A DNA stretch of 64,000 nt from NCBI GenBank assembly GCA_002731275.1, contig PCBK01000053.1, forward strand, positions 36,275 through 100,274. Reading direction: 5' to 3'. The DNA comes from Deltaproteobacteria bacterium (GTDB lineage: Bacteria > Myxococcota_C > UBA6777). The notes beneath the pieces were generated by a model that was not told the DNA's origin, made no database searches, and was given only the letters and a program-made list of their open reading frames with translations. Below are positions 8,764-20,500 of this stretch, one piece after another. The position numbers were made by a program, and so were the translations under genes. Numbering within the stretch: position 1 is the first letter of the stretch; every line of letters begins with the position of its first letter.

Positions 8764-9699
8764 ATGAGAACATCTGTACGTCGAGTTGTATTTGGGTGTC
8801 TTGGATGCATTGGAATGCTTGGTTTGTTGTTGGCTCTCCCGAAGCCGGCGGAGTCTCATTCACGTCAGGAGTTGACGTTGATGTTGCAAAAGATGAAGAA
8901 AAAGCAGACGCAGCTTGCGCAGCGGATCGCAGGATTGACGAGTAAGCTGTCTTCTCTTCGGAAGGAGGGCAAGCTGATGGCATGGGAGTTGTCGCTGCTC
9001 AAGAGAGAGCTTCGGAATGCGGACAATGTGGTCGAGAAGGTAAAGGCACCTGGATGTGGTGGTGTTGGACGTTGTCGTCGATGCAAGTCGCAACCTAAGA
9101 AGCAGGTGAAGGCGCTTCGTTGTGGTCGTGGTGGTGGACATTGTCGCAAAGGAAAGGCGCTCTCAAAAGAGCTCGCGCAGAAGAAGATGCCTGTGAAGTC
9201 TTTGACAGGACCGACATGGGGACCTGCCTCGGCGAAGGTGACGATCGCCGCATTCTCTGACTTTCAATGCCCCTTCTGTGCGCGTGGTGCGTCGATTATG
9301 CGCAAGGTGAAGCAGGCATTTGGAGACAAAGTGAGGATCGTCTTCAAGCATCTGCCTTTGGCTTTTCATAAGCAGGCCTATATTGCAGCGCAAGCGTCGA
9401 TGGAGGCACAGCGTCAAGGAAAGTTTTGGCCCTTCCATGACAAGATCTTCGCCAATATCAGAAGCGTCAACAAGGCGCAATTGCTCAAGTGGGCTGGTGA
9501 GCTGAAGATGGACGTGAAGGCGATGAAACACGCACTTGATACGAAGAAGTACAAGGCGGTCGTGGACGCGGACCTTGCGCTCGCAAAAAAGTGGCACGTT
9601 CGTGGGACACCGACATTCTTTGTCAATGGCGAACGTGTGACTGGCGCACATCCCTTCAAGGTCTTTGCTTCCAAAATTAACAAACTTCTCGGTCAATAG
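8764..9699 (+). CDS. DsbA-family thiol:disulfide oxidoreductase with N-terminal signal peptide and Lys/Cys-rich coiled-coil extension
   Basis: CPFC active-site motif (FSDFQCPFCARG), thioredoxin-fold C-terminal half (VRGTPTFFVNGERV). Confidence 0.8.
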   Translation: MRTSVRRVVFGCLGCIGMLGLLLALPKPAESHSRQELTLMLQKMKKKQTQLAQRIAGLTSKLSSLRKEGKLMAWELSLLKRELRNADNVVEKVKAPGCGGVGRCRRCKSQPKKQVKALRCGRGGGHCRKGKALSKELAQKKMPVKSLTGPTWGPASAKVTIAAFSDFQCPFCARGASIMRKVKQAFGDKVRIVFKHLPLAFHKQAYIAAQASMEAQRQGKFWPFHDKIFANIRSVNKAQLLKWAGELKMDVKAMKHALDTKKYKAVVDADLALAKKWHVRGTPTFFVNGERVTGAHPFKVFASKINKLLGQ

Positions 9700-9781
9700 G
9701 GGGGCGGACCTTGTTCTTGCATACGCGCTTGTTTTTGAACCTGTTGATGCTTTGTCTCGTCGTGTGGTGTGTTGATGTACA

Positions 9782-10612
9782 GTGAACCCCAAAACCACAG
9801 AGGAATACTTCATGTTCAACGTGCGCTCACTCGGCTATGCAAGCGATCTACTCCTGCTCTCATTCGAAGGCAACGTCATCGATCACGGTGACGTCATTCA
9901 GACAATCACAGAGGACAATCAGGATTACTATTGGGGGAACTTTCTCGTCTTCCCTCATCCTCCAAAAGAAGGCGACCACAAACGATGGCTCACACGCTTC
10001 AAAGAGCTCTTCTCTGACTATCCTGGTGTGCGTCACGTCGCGCTCGGATGGGATGGTATTGATGGTGAGGTCGGTTGCGTTGAGCCCTTCACGCAAGATG
10101 ACTTTATCCTTGAACGGCTCGCTGTGATGACTGTAAACGCTGACACCCTCAAACGACCCAAAAGCTGGCATGAGCAGGTGATCGTAAAGACGCTTGATTC
10201 AACTGAGGAGTGGGAGGCTGCGACACAATTACAGCTCACACGTAACGAAGATATCCCCGACGAGGAGTTTGAGCCCTTCAAGCGCGAACAGATGAAATGG
10301 TATCGTCGCCTCTCCGAGAAGGGATATGGTCATTGGTATGGGGCCTGGCTTGATGGGCAAATTGTCGGTGATTTGGGGATCTTTTTTGGGGACACCTTTG
10401 GACGCTTTCAGGCTGTCGAGACACATCCAGACTTTCGGCGGCGAGGGATCGCCAGTACACTTGTGTATCAAGCCTCTCAACACGCCTTCTCTCTCCACCC
10501 AGAGCACACCCTCGTGATCGTAGCAGATGATGACTCTCCTGCCATGAGAATGTACGAAGGGGTCGGTTACCAAGTGACTGAGAGGCAGATCGCGACGTTT
10601 AAGAGACCCTAG
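9782..10612 (+). CDS. GNAT-family N-acetyltransferase with ~150-aa N-terminal domain of unknown function
   Basis: C-terminal QAVETHPDFRRRGIASTLVYQASQHA acetyl-CoA binding motif A. Confidence 0.65.
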   Translation: MNPKTTEEYFMFNVRSLGYASDLLLLSFEGNVIDHGDVIQTITEDNQDYYWGNFLVFPHPPKEGDHKRWLTRFKELFSDYPGVRHVALGWDGIDGEVGCVEPFTQDDFILERLAVMTVNADTLKRPKSWHEQVIVKTLDSTEEWEAATQLQLTRNEDIPDEEFEPFKREQMKWYRRLSEKGYGHWYGAWLDGQIVGDLGIFFGDTFGRFQAVETHPDFRRRGIASTLVYQASQHAFSLHPEHTLVIVADDDSPAMRMYEGVGYQVTERQIATFKRP

Positions 10613-10669
10613 TTGGAGCGGCCTTAGATGAGTGGGGAGAAGGGGAGCCTTTGAGGGCGAGCTGATAGA

Positions 10670-11923
10670 CTATTTGATGAGTCTGAATGTTTTGGCGCCT
10701 TGCATCTTCGTGAAGCGACGTGTTGCGCCTTTCATGTTGGCGTAGGAGAGGTTGGTTTTGTGGAGTTTCGCGAATTGGAGTTTCGCGTTTCTCAGGTCAG
10801 CCCTCACAAAGCTCGCGCCGTGGCATCGAACAAATCTCATATTTGCGCCTCGCAAGGAAGCCCCATCAAAGCGTGTCTTTTGACATCGGACGTTGACCAA
10901 TTTTGTGCCAACGAGACGGGCGGAGGTTAGGTTCGCGCCTTGGAGTTTTGCGTAGGAGAGGTCTGTCTTGTTGAAGTTCGCGCCTTTGAGGTTTGCGTCT
11001 TGGAGTTTGACGTATTTGAGATCCATGTTGGAGAGGTTGGCACCGGCGAGATTGATCGCGACTTTGGGGTGTTTGAGTCTCCAGGCATTCCAAGTGTTGA
11101 CGCCTTTTCTGAGGAGTCGGAGCTGTCTTGGGTTGTACGAGGCTTTCTGGCGAGCACGGATCGCTCTCAGCGTGCGACCTCTTTTGATACGTAATACGCC
11201 TGTGTTTCTCCTCTTCATACGTCCGATACGAAGGACACGTCCTGTTTTGAGTGTGCGTGTGTTGGATGTGCGCTTGACCATGTACATCCTGGCACCTGTC
11301 AGGTTGCTTTTGGTCGGCTTGACCCCACTCATATCGGCATAAGAGAAGTTGGCGTTCTGGAGCTTCGCGAAGTGGATCTTGGCACCTCGCAGATCCGCTC
11401 TCACAAAGATCGCTTTTTGGCACCGAATAAACGTCAATTGGGCACCTTTAAGTGATGCGCCTCGGAAGTTCGCCCTCTCGCACCAGATGTGGGACATCTT
11501 TGTGTTGTGAAGTGTGGCGGCTTTGAGTGATGTTTTGTAGAGTTGGGCGCCCCACATGTCAGCGTTGCTCAGGTTGGCGCTGTCGAGGCGTGCATTTTGG
11601 AAGCGCACGTGTTTGAGCTTTGCGCGCTTCATATTGGCACCACGAAGGTCAGCACCTCGCAAATCCGCAAGTGTGAGCTTTGCGCCTGAGAGGTTGGCCC
11701 CACGTAGATTCATCTTCGCGAGTGTTGCAGAGCTCAGGTCAATGCGAGCCTTTGGATGACTCGCTCTCCATGCGTTCCACGCACTGACACCCTTTTTGAG
11801 GGTGCGTAGTTGTGTACCGCGATAGGCTGAGGCGTCTTCTGCGTACAAACCTGTCATGGCCAATGCTGCGAGTAATGCGGAATGAACGATCTGTTTCTTC
11901 ATGGGTTCTCCTTTGTGTGTCAT
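10670..11923 (-). CDS. secreted pentapeptide-repeat protein, two repeat modules separated by an Arg/Lys-rich linker
   Basis: Signal peptide MKKQIVHSALLAALAMTGLYA; dozens of A(N/D)L(S/R)GA pentapeptides. Confidence 0.85.
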   Translation of the reverse strand: MTHKGEPMKKQIVHSALLAALAMTGLYAEDASAYRGTQLRTLKKGVSAWNAWRASHPKARIDLSSATLAKMNLRGANLSGAKLTLADLRGADLRGANMKRAKLKHVRFQNARLDSANLSNADMWGAQLYKTSLKAATLHNTKMSHIWCERANFRGASLKGAQLTFIRCQKAIFVRADLRGAKIHFAKLQNANFSYADMSGVKPTKSNLTGARMYMVKRTSNTRTLKTGRVLRIGRMKRRNTGVLRIKRGRTLRAIRARQKASYNPRQLRLLRKGVNTWNAWRLKHPKVAINLAGANLSNMDLKYVKLQDANLKGANFNKTDLSYAKLQGANLTSARLVGTKLVNVRCQKTRFDGASLRGANMRFVRCHGASFVRADLRNAKLQFAKLHKTNLSYANMKGATRRFTKMQGAKTFRLIK

Positions 11924-12233
11924 AACCCCCTAGTACATGGGATATATACATCCTGATACAGGGGTGAATGGATGTATATACGTTGGGGCATGACGCATTT
12001 TTTGAGAGGAAAGAAGTCATCATCTTCGCCTGTTATCCTTGGCTTGGATGAGTGTTTGATTGCGGCTCGCTCTGTTTGCAAGGAATGATCCAGGCCGTGG
12101 TTTGTGTGTTTCTGTTTGCGATTCCAGTATGTTATTGTTTTGTGTGTTTCTGAATGGGCGGAGGGGTGGAGTCTTTTTATCTTGAAGAATGGAGTCTCTT
12201 TCCTCCAACAGTCCCAAGCTAGGTATCATTAGA

Positions 12234-12668
12234 CTCTATCAATCGTCCTCTCACGAAGTAAGCGCATGAGTATGATGTTGCATTTTCGGTAGGGTTGGGC
12301 ATTGTTGTTCGATTTTTGATGTTACATTTTTTCCGTAGGGTCGGGCCTTGTGTCCGACCTTGATGTTGTATTTGTTCGGTAGGGTCGGGCCTTGTGTCCG
12401 ATCTCAATGTTGCATTTGTTCGGTCGGATCGGGCCTTGTGTCCGATCTCAATGTTGCATTTGTTCGGTCGGATCGGGCATTGTTGTTCGATTTTTAATGT
12501 TGCATTTTCGGTAGGGTCGGGCATTGTTGTTCGATTTTTGATGTTACATTTTTTCGGTAGGGTCGGGCCTTGTGTCCGACCTCGATGTTGTATTTGTTCG
12601 GTCGGGTCGGGCCTTGTGTCCGACCTCGATGTTGTATGTCCTTTTGGCGAGAGAACCACTTACGCTCG
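12234..12668 (+). mobile_element. MITE-like element: ~20-bp terminal inverted repeats flanking an internally amplified ~50-bp tandem array (~9 units)
   Basis: TIR-like ends CAATCGTCCTCTCACGAA ... TTGGCGAGAGAACCACTTACG; internal unit GATGTTGCATTTGTTCGGTCGGATCGGGCCTTGTGTCCGATCTCAAT repeated; single-unit inverted copy at 24927-25042. Confidence 0.55.
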
Positions 12669-13394
12669 TTTTCCCTGACGCCATCACGATGTCTTGTTGG
12701 TGTCTTGGCGTTGGTGCTCATTCCCAAAAAAGAAGTCCCACAGCTCAAAAGGGCAGTACAGAAATTTTCTTCCAACGGTCAGAATCTTTTTTCTGTCAAG
12801 CTCCAGGGGCCATCTGAAGAGCGCAACCCCAAAATAAGATATCTGAAATGCTTTCAGTGTTGTAGGCTCGGTGTACAAAGTGGGCATACTGCTTGCTCTA
12901 TGTGCGGGGCGTGTTGCTCTTCTGTGTGTCGCTCATGTCGTGAATCCATAGATCACTTGTTGGTACCACATCATACCTTCAGATGGAATCTTCACACATG
13001 ATATCGATCCGACCCTCCCGAAGAACCCAAAGGACAACGGCTTTGGGAGGTGTCTGAAGAAGAGTTCTCTTGTGGTGGGTCTCAGGTACGGTCTGGGGCC
13101 AGACGCCTGTATGAGTCCACAGCCGACTCGGAGGGCGGGTGCCATGTGTTGTGATGCACATGCCGCACAAACTCTCTAACCAACAAGGAGATGTACACAA
13201 TGAGATGCTGTTACGAGTATCCGCCCTGGTTCGATATCATACAGTTCTTTGTACAAGATGCAATCCACTGATAGGATGATTTTTGCGTGTTTTCGCTTTA
13301 TAAACAAGCCAGAGAAGAGCGCTTGTTGCGGCATAAGAGATCGTATAGAGCGAAAATGTAGATACCTTTCACAGCCAAAAGAGAGATAGACAAG

Positions 13395-15941
13395 ATGGGA
13401 AAACAAGAGAAGCGCGATCTGGTATTGGCACCTGGTACATACGCTTATATGCAAGACGAAACAACCGGTGCGATCAAGACCTTTGTCGGTCCTTGTGTGA
13501 TCAACCAGACCGCGCAAGAAGTGCCCGTTCAGTACATTGCAAAGGACGGACTCTTCAAACGTTGCAGTCGCCTCGAAGAGGCCGCCTGTAAATCCCCCAT
13601 CGCTGTCGAAGGGTTCTATCTTGTACTCAAGAATCCGGTGTTACAGGATGAACTTCACCCCGATGTCGGTAGTGCAGGAAAAATCTCTCCTACACTGCAA
13701 GTTGGGCGGAAGATCAATATCCCTGGTCCCTGTATGTTCGCGTTGTGGCCTGGGCAAGACGCACAAGTGGTGCGTGGTCATAACCTTCGTTCCAATCAAT
13801 ACCTGCTCGTAAGGGTATATAACGAAGAGGAAGCGCGAAGTAACTGGGAAAAAGCTGTGATGAAGCCAGCCTCTGGCCCCGAAAGCGAAGCGGGCGAGAC
13901 GATGGCGACCGCACCTGCACCCGTGGACCTCACTGTGGGAAAAGAGCTCGTTATTAAAGGCACAGAGGTCTCTTTTTATATCCCACCCACAGGTATGAGC
14001 GTGATTCCCGAAGGTGTAGACTCCAGTCGAAAACCAATATATGTTCGCGACGCCCTGACACTCGAACGGTTGGAGTACTGTATTCTCGTCGATGAAGACG
14101 GAAACAAGCGATACGAACGAGGACCACAAGTTGTTTTCCCCAAACCTACAGAGACTTTTGTCATCCGCAAAGGATTTCAAAAGTTCCGTGCCATTGAGTT
14201 AAATGAAAATCAGGGCCTGCATATCAAGGTCATCGCACCTTACTTCGATGAGACCACTCAGACAGCGTACAAAGAGGGTGATGAATTGTTCGTCACAGGA
14301 AAAGAGACCGCGATCTATTTTCCACGCGAAGAACACTCTCTGATCTCCTACGACGGGAAATCAAAACATTTCGCCACAGCCATTCTCGCTGGAGAAGCAC
14401 GCTATATGATGGATCGGATTACCGGTGAGGTCGAGACCGTTGAGGGACCTGCGATGTTGTTGCCTGATCCAAGACACCAAGTGATCGTGAGACGTGTCCT
14501 CTCGGACAAACAAGTCACACTCTGGTATCCCGATAATGACGAAGCGTTCGAATACAACAAACATCTTCGTCAGATGCTTGGACATACCCCCACGACACGC
14601 TCTGGTGTCATCAGCGAAGGCGACTATACACGCGGTCTCCGCAGACAGAAAAAAAAGAAGTCCTCCCAGGGACAGCCTGCCGGTCAAATGGAACACTCTA
14701 TCATCGGTGAACAAGAGTTGATCGCCGACGAGTTTTCACGTGCGTCATCCTATACACAACCTCGTACTGTGATCCTGGATAATAAATTCCAGGGCGTCCC
14801 AGACATCGAAGTATGGACCGGATATGCGGTCCAGGTGATCGCCAAAGATGGGACGAGACGTGTCGTCGAAGGGCCCGCGCAGCTGTTGTTAGCTTATAAC
14901 GAAACCCTGGAAGCGCTACGGTTCTCCACTGGGTGTCCAAAAACACCCAACTCTCTCAAGGAGGCCGTCTTTTTACGTACCAAGAGCAACAAGGTGCGAG
15001 ACTGTGTCGAAGTCCGCACGCTTGACCACGTCCCCGTCGCCATCGAGCTGGAGTATAGCCTCCACTTTGAAGGCGACTCCACACGCTGGTTCTCCATCGA
15101 TAACCCCATCCAGCACCTGTGTGACCACACCAGGACGTTGCTCAAACGCGCCGTCAAAGAGGTCTCTGTCGAGGCATTCAGCGCACAATCCACCGGGCTT
15201 TTACAGGACATCCTCCTCGGCACACTCGACGACAAACAACGTCGCGCTGGCCTGCGCTTCGAACAAAATGGCATGTTTGTCAGTGAAGTCGATGTCCTCT
15301 CCGTCCGTATCCTCGACGAGAGCATCCAAAAAGTGCTGTCCCAATTCCAAAAGAAGACCGCACGCTACAGTATCGAGCAACTCGTCGCACAACGCGAACT
15401 CGAAAACACACGCGCACTTGAGCTCATCGAACAAGACAGCGCTGCCGCCAGACAAGAGACACAGCTTCGTATCCTCGCGCTCGAAGAGCAGCTGCGACAG
15501 CATCGACAAGAGGTCGCACTTCACGAGGTCCAACGTGCGCAAACACTCGAACAGGCCAAACAGGAGCAAAAACGCGAAGAGGCGCTGCTCAAACAAAAGG
15601 TCACCGAGATCGAGAACCAAACCGAACAGCTTCTGCACGCTGCGTTGATGGAACAAAAGGCCGAAGAGTTGCGCCTGGAGAAGGAAAAACTCGCGGCACA
15701 GACAGCGTCCATTGTCGAACAATCCAACGCCATCAGTCCACACCTCACGATGGCTCTCGAACGCCTCGCCGACGAAAAACTCCTGAGCGCGATGGCCAAC
15801 GGATTTGGTGAGTTTGCCGCCGCAAAAGGTGTCGGCTTGCTCGAAACAGCCAAACAATTCTTCGACTTCCTGCCTGAGCACAAGCTCCAAATCCTCCACC
15901 ACCAACACACCCCTCAACATCACGAAGAGAGCGAAGGGTAA
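13395..15941 (+). CDS. major vault protein (MVP) homolog
   Basis: 848 aa; N-terminal repeats resembling MVP repeat domains (EYCILVDEDGNKRYERGPQVVFPKPTETF; GDELFVTGKETAIYFPREEHSLI), shoulder-like segment, ~180-aa C-terminal coiled coil like the vault cap-helix. Confidence 0.7.
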   Translation: MGKQEKRDLVLAPGTYAYMQDETTGAIKTFVGPCVINQTAQEVPVQYIAKDGLFKRCSRLEEAACKSPIAVEGFYLVLKNPVLQDELHPDVGSAGKISPTLQVGRKINIPGPCMFALWPGQDAQVVRGHNLRSNQYLLVRVYNEEEARSNWEKAVMKPASGPESEAGETMATAPAPVDLTVGKELVIKGTEVSFYIPPTGMSVIPEGVDSSRKPIYVRDALTLERLEYCILVDEDGNKRYERGPQVVFPKPTETFVIRKGFQKFRAIELNENQGLHIKVIAPYFDETTQTAYKEGDELFVTGKETAIYFPREEHSLISYDGKSKHFATAILAGEARYMMDRITGEVETVEGPAMLLPDPRHQVIVRRVLSDKQVTLWYPDNDEAFEYNKHLRQMLGHTPTTRSGVISEGDYTRGLRRQKKKKSSQGQPAGQMEHSIIGEQELIADEFSRASSYTQPRTVILDNKFQGVPDIEVWTGYAVQVIAKDGTRRVVEGPAQLLLAYNETLEALRFSTGCPKTPNSLKEAVFLRTKSNKVRDCVEVRTLDHVPVAIELEYSLHFEGDSTRWFSIDNPIQHLCDHTRTLLKRAVKEVSVEAFSAQSTGLLQDILLGTLDDKQRRAGLRFEQNGMFVSEVDVLSVRILDESIQKVLSQFQKKTARYSIEQLVAQRELENTRALELIEQDSAAARQETQLRILALEEQLRQHRQEVALHEVQRAQTLEQAKQEQKREEALLKQKVTEIENQTEQLLHAALMEQKAEELRLEKEKLAAQTASIVEQSNAISPHLTMALERLADEKLLSAMANGFGEFAAAKGVGLLETAKQFFDFLPEHKLQILHHQHTPQHHEESEG

Positions 15942-16030
15942 GGCTGAGCAAATTCGCCTTTGATTCATCCTCTCTGTGTGCTATCTTTTGATCCTGATGG
16001 TCAGTTGGTTGGTCTCAATCATCAAGGCGG

Positions 16031-17428
16031 ATGGTGAAGATGGAAAAGCACATTGCGACACTGCGAGAGCTCTTCTCATTGGCCACGAGGGGAACGAAGA
16101 GCGCTTTTGCAAAGGGTGGATTTTGGTTGGAGACCGCTCCCACACATTGGAAGGACGACTTCTGCGCGTTTCTCAGACGCGCACGTCGCGAAGATCCTAC
16201 CCATTACCACGATGTCCTTGTCCCCTATTGCGAACAACATTTCCCACAGCTCCCACCCGACGCCCAAGAACTAAAAGTCCTCGACTCTCTCGACTCTTTA
16301 AAACAGTGGGTTGAGTTGGCTCCTTTTGGCTATTATCATCTGCGTCTGTCCGACGAGAAGACCCTCAAAGAACCTCTTCAGTGGTTGAAACCATTGTCCC
16401 GTGTCCGGACTCTTAGCCTTGGCTTCAGCCCCTCGACGCGTTCACTCGCGGGGGTGATTTCTTGTGGGTATCTTCAACATCTCCAACATCTTCACTTGAA
16501 CGGCTATCGGATGGACTCTGGGAGCTTACGGCACGTGATCCGGGCTCTTCCTCTCTACACATTGCGTAGTCTGCACATCAAAAACGTCAAGCTCCTCAAG
16601 CGCGATCTTCTGTTTCTCGCGAAGGCTGAGACACTGCAGGGACTTCAGTATCTTTGGTTGGACAACGCGCAAAATCTGGAGCTGCTTGGTTCGTCCAAAA
16701 CACTGGGTGCGCTTCGTTTTCTTGGGTTTGAACACACCGTTGAACGTGCTGTCGTCGATGCCTTCGCGCGCTCTTCTTGTCTGCGCCATCTACAAGGGAT
16801 CTGCCTACGCCACGTGACGCCGGCTGCATTGCGTGCGCTCGTCGATCCCCATTTGTTCCCAGAGCTGCAAGCGTTGCTCTTTGCGTCTCACTCTCTCAAC
16901 AATCACCATCTCGAAGCCATCGCCAATACATCGAGTCATGTGCTGCGTTGTTTGTACTTTCACGGCGATGGTGTGCAGAGCCAGATCGACGATGAAGGGG
17001 TCAAACGTCTCGCCTCTTCACCTGTGCTCGAAGGTCTCGAAGGCCTGTATGTTCTCGAAGAAAGATTGGATAATGAAGGTGTCGAATATCTCGCACATTC
17101 TGCGTTTCTCTCTAACTTGCGTGTGCTACAGCTTGGGGGGCGCTTTCGGGAACGAGCGCTTGAGCAGATCGCACAGACGACGACGCTCTCGCAATTACAA
17201 GCGCTGTGGTTGTTCCCGACGCGGGAGCTGCTCTCTGATAGTTATATGGCGCTCGCTTGCTCGAAGACATTGCCCAAGTCCGTGCGTCGGGATATGTTGT
17301 CATATGTCAAGAGGAAGCGAGTGGTCGAGAGGGCACGTGCTTTAGGCGTGGAGGTCACGCCAAGGTTGGACAAGCGCGCCATTCTCTCTCGTATTTGGCA
17401 GGCCCAAGAGGAAGAAGGGCAAAAGTAG
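16031..17428 (+). CDS. leucine-rich repeat protein (RNI-like LRRs), 90 bp downstream of MVP homolog
   Basis: Repeated LxxLxLxxxxLxxxxLxxL units through most of 465 aa. Confidence 0.6.
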   Translation: MVKMEKHIATLRELFSLATRGTKSAFAKGGFWLETAPTHWKDDFCAFLRRARREDPTHYHDVLVPYCEQHFPQLPPDAQELKVLDSLDSLKQWVELAPFGYYHLRLSDEKTLKEPLQWLKPLSRVRTLSLGFSPSTRSLAGVISCGYLQHLQHLHLNGYRMDSGSLRHVIRALPLYTLRSLHIKNVKLLKRDLLFLAKAETLQGLQYLWLDNAQNLELLGSSKTLGALRFLGFEHTVERAVVDAFARSSCLRHLQGICLRHVTPAALRALVDPHLFPELQALLFASHSLNNHHLEAIANTSSHVLRCLYFHGDGVQSQIDDEGVKRLASSPVLEGLEGLYVLEERLDNEGVEYLAHSAFLSNLRVLQLGGRFRERALEQIAQTTTLSQLQALWLFPTRELLSDSYMALACSKTLPKSVRRDMLSYVKRKRVVERARALGVEVTPRLDKRAILSRIWQAQEEEGQK

Positions 17429-17558
17429 GGTTCTTTTGTGCAATATCTGCGTGTCTCCGAGACTGGAAGAAAATAATCGTGGATGTTTGGTGTTGGTTAT
17501 GTTTTCCTAAGTGCATCTGTCACGATAAGGCCGCCAGAGGCAAAAAAGGAGAACATGT

Positions 17559-20500
17559 ATGCGGATGGGTCCAACAACTCTACGAGGGCGCAGACCTCTA
17601 CTTTTTGTATCGTCGTTGGTTGTATTCTTTATCGGTGTGCTCGCCTTCAGGGCGGGGGAGAGTCGGGCGAAGCCTTCACAGCCAGGTGGGATCGTCGTCT
17701 CCGTTCCCCACAGGTGGGTTGATCTGACGAAGTCTCTAGACAAAGAGGCCCGACTTCGTTCTGTTCGTCAGTTGTTTCGTGTGCAGCGCTCTGTTTCGGA
17801 AACGATCAAGCGCGTCAGAGGCTCTCTGTCACTGCAAAAGGCGTTGATTGAGCTCGTGGTGGACTCCAAACAGACCGAAAAAGACAAGGGATATGCGCTT
17901 CATCTGCTCAACAAGGCTGGGACCTACCTGAAGATCCCCGTCTCCTCACTTGTCTCTTGTCTTCGTAGTCCACGTGGCAACGTCAGGATGAACGCCGCGA
18001 GTGTTCTCGGACGACTTGGAGAAGACGCGCTCAGTGCGATCCCTGCGCTCGCGAAGCAGCTTCGTGTTGAGAAAGGGGTCATCATTCGTAAGGAGCTCCT
18101 GCGAGCGATACGGCTGATCGAGCGATATGCCTCTATCGCGTTTCATCCCCTCGTTCGTGGAAAGCAGGATACAGCTGCGACCATTCGGATTTTTGCAGAT
18201 GTCATCAAAAAAGATCCTGACACGCAGATGAAGACCCTCGCGGTCAAAGCTCTTGGGGAGCTTGACGCGCAGTGGTGGGATCACGTTCAACCTGTCTTTT
18301 TGCGGGCATTCAAGCATAAGGAACCGGACGTGCGTCGCGAGGTTCTTCGGCAGATGCGGCGTTATTTTGCCTCTCACAAGCTACTCGTGAAGGAGGCGTT
18401 GAGACTCGCGGAGCGTGACCCGAAAGAGTCCGTAGAGCGCGAAGCGATCAAGACACTCGGTTACTATCCACAATACGCCAAGCAGATCATCCCGTTGTTT
18501 CGACGGCTCTTTATGCAGGGGAATGACAAGGTTCGACAAAGTATTCTCTCTGCGAGCGATGTGCTCGGTGCAAAAGGGCGCGAGGTAATGTCATTTGCGC
18601 TGCGTGTGTACAAGGAGCGTCCTGACACAGAGAGATTGCGATTGCTTCGGTGGTTGCACGTGTTCTCCCCTGGAACACTACCCGACGCAAAAGACTGGCG
18701 CCCCTACCTGACCTCCCAACAGCTTGTCCTGCCGCTCTTTACACTTTGGAAAAAGCACAAAACGCACAGTCAAATGTTGATCCCGCTGTTGGTCTCTGTG
18801 ATTCGACATGCTTACACACAAGCTGGACTCATCGCGCTTTCATCGTGGTTGAGTGAGGTGGAGACGACAAAATATGCCGATGTGTTGTTGAAGGATATCC
18901 TCAGCCACACAAAAGGTGGGGATCGGTTGTACTTACAGCCTGCTGTGTACAAACTCTTACGTCGACTTGTCCGCGATATGAAGAGCCAAAAGGCGCTCTC
19001 CTTGTTGAAGTCCTTCATCTCCAAAAAATACGACCTTCGTTCATCTGTGTTGTTTGATCTGCTCGGTGAGCTACAGGGCTCACATGATGGCGCGGCGAAG
19101 GTGCTCGTCGAGCATCTTCGACGCAGTTGGGGGCGACCACACGAGAAGAGGCTCCACAACGCGCTTGTCAGACTCGGTAAGCAGACACCTGCGGTCGTTT
19201 TTACGCGGCTGCTCAAGGGCCTGAAGGACGTCCCGACAAAGTACCGCCAACGCTACCTGTCATCACTCGCGAAGGTCGCGACAGACAAGAAGCAATACCA
19301 AGTCAAACTTCCACACAATGCGTTCTCCGTGTTGGAGAGAAAACAGCTCTCGGGGATGTGTGCGCAGCTCGTCGTGATGAAGAAAAGTCTGGAGGATGAT
19401 CTTTCCGGGATGGCGTGTCTTCGTGCGATTGGGGAGCTCAAACGAGTAAAGGAGGAGTTGTCGACGTCGTTACATGAGCGTAATCGCAAGTCGACACTTG
19501 CGTTCTTGCGGATGTTGCGGCTGGGGAAACAGGAGGCGTCGTGGGCGTTGCCGCTCGTGTTGTGGGCGCTAAAGAAAAATTACAACACAAGGCTCAGGAA
19601 ACAGGCGGTCCGGACTTTGGGATACTTGGAGGCGGTGAACAAAGCCGTACTTGATGCGATTCATCCGATCTCGTATTCGACTTACAAAAAAGTGCTACGT
19701 AGGGCGCTACGTCGGATGGCTGGTCATCCGAAAGGGGTAGAGGTGCTCATCGCACGTCTTCGTGTGGAGACGAAGGTGAGTATGATCAACAACATCATCG
19801 TTGGGCTTCGTTGGCACGCGAAGGGCAATTTGGCGATCCAAGAGGTGTTGAAGGAGCTGCTCTCTCACCGCAGTAAAAGTGTCCGTGACTATGCTGTGTG
19901 GGCGCTAAAGTACGCTGGTCTTGATGCAGATCTGGCGATGGACATTGGGTTGACGCTCGTACAACGTGATCGTGCTTCGTGGGTGCGTCAGGACGCGGCG
20001 AGTCTGCTTGGTCGTCAAAGTCCGGCGTTTATGACAAAGCGACGTGAACGGGCGAGTCTGTTGGCGAGGTTGTTTGCCAAAGAGCGCGATATCAAGGTGA
20101 AGAAGCGTCTGTATTGGTCGCTTCATCGTCTTCGGAATTACGTCGAGCGAGCTGATCTGAGGGCGTACAGAGAGGTCATGCACAAGGCAAAGGACAAGCA
20201 ACTCTTGTTAAACGCTTTGCGGACACTCGGTAGAAAGGGGGGATACTGGAAGCAGACGCTGCCTGCGATGCGTCGTATGCAAGGGCGCGCGTTGGTCTTG
20301 GATGTCGAGCAGAAACGTCGCGACACAATCGCTCGTTGGTCTGGAAAGGTCGATCTGTGGACGCTTGAACAGCTCGCGGAGCAGCTGCGTACAAAGCGCA
20401 CAAAGAAGACGTTCTCCAAAAAGCTCCTCAAACGTATTGGTCACATGCGTTCGGACTCCTTGGTCGCCAACCACGCGGTCATGCATGTGCTGCGTTTTGG

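Noticed and set aside
10866-11423. 185-aa minus-strand alternative-frame ORF and several plus-strand ORFs inside the pentapeptide gene
   Set aside because: They are alternative frames of a highly repetitive gene whose main frame has a clear signal peptide and repeats.
12270-12650. CRISPR array?
   Set aside because: The ~50-bp units are contiguous and variant, with no unique spacers. They sit inside an element with terminal inverted repeats.
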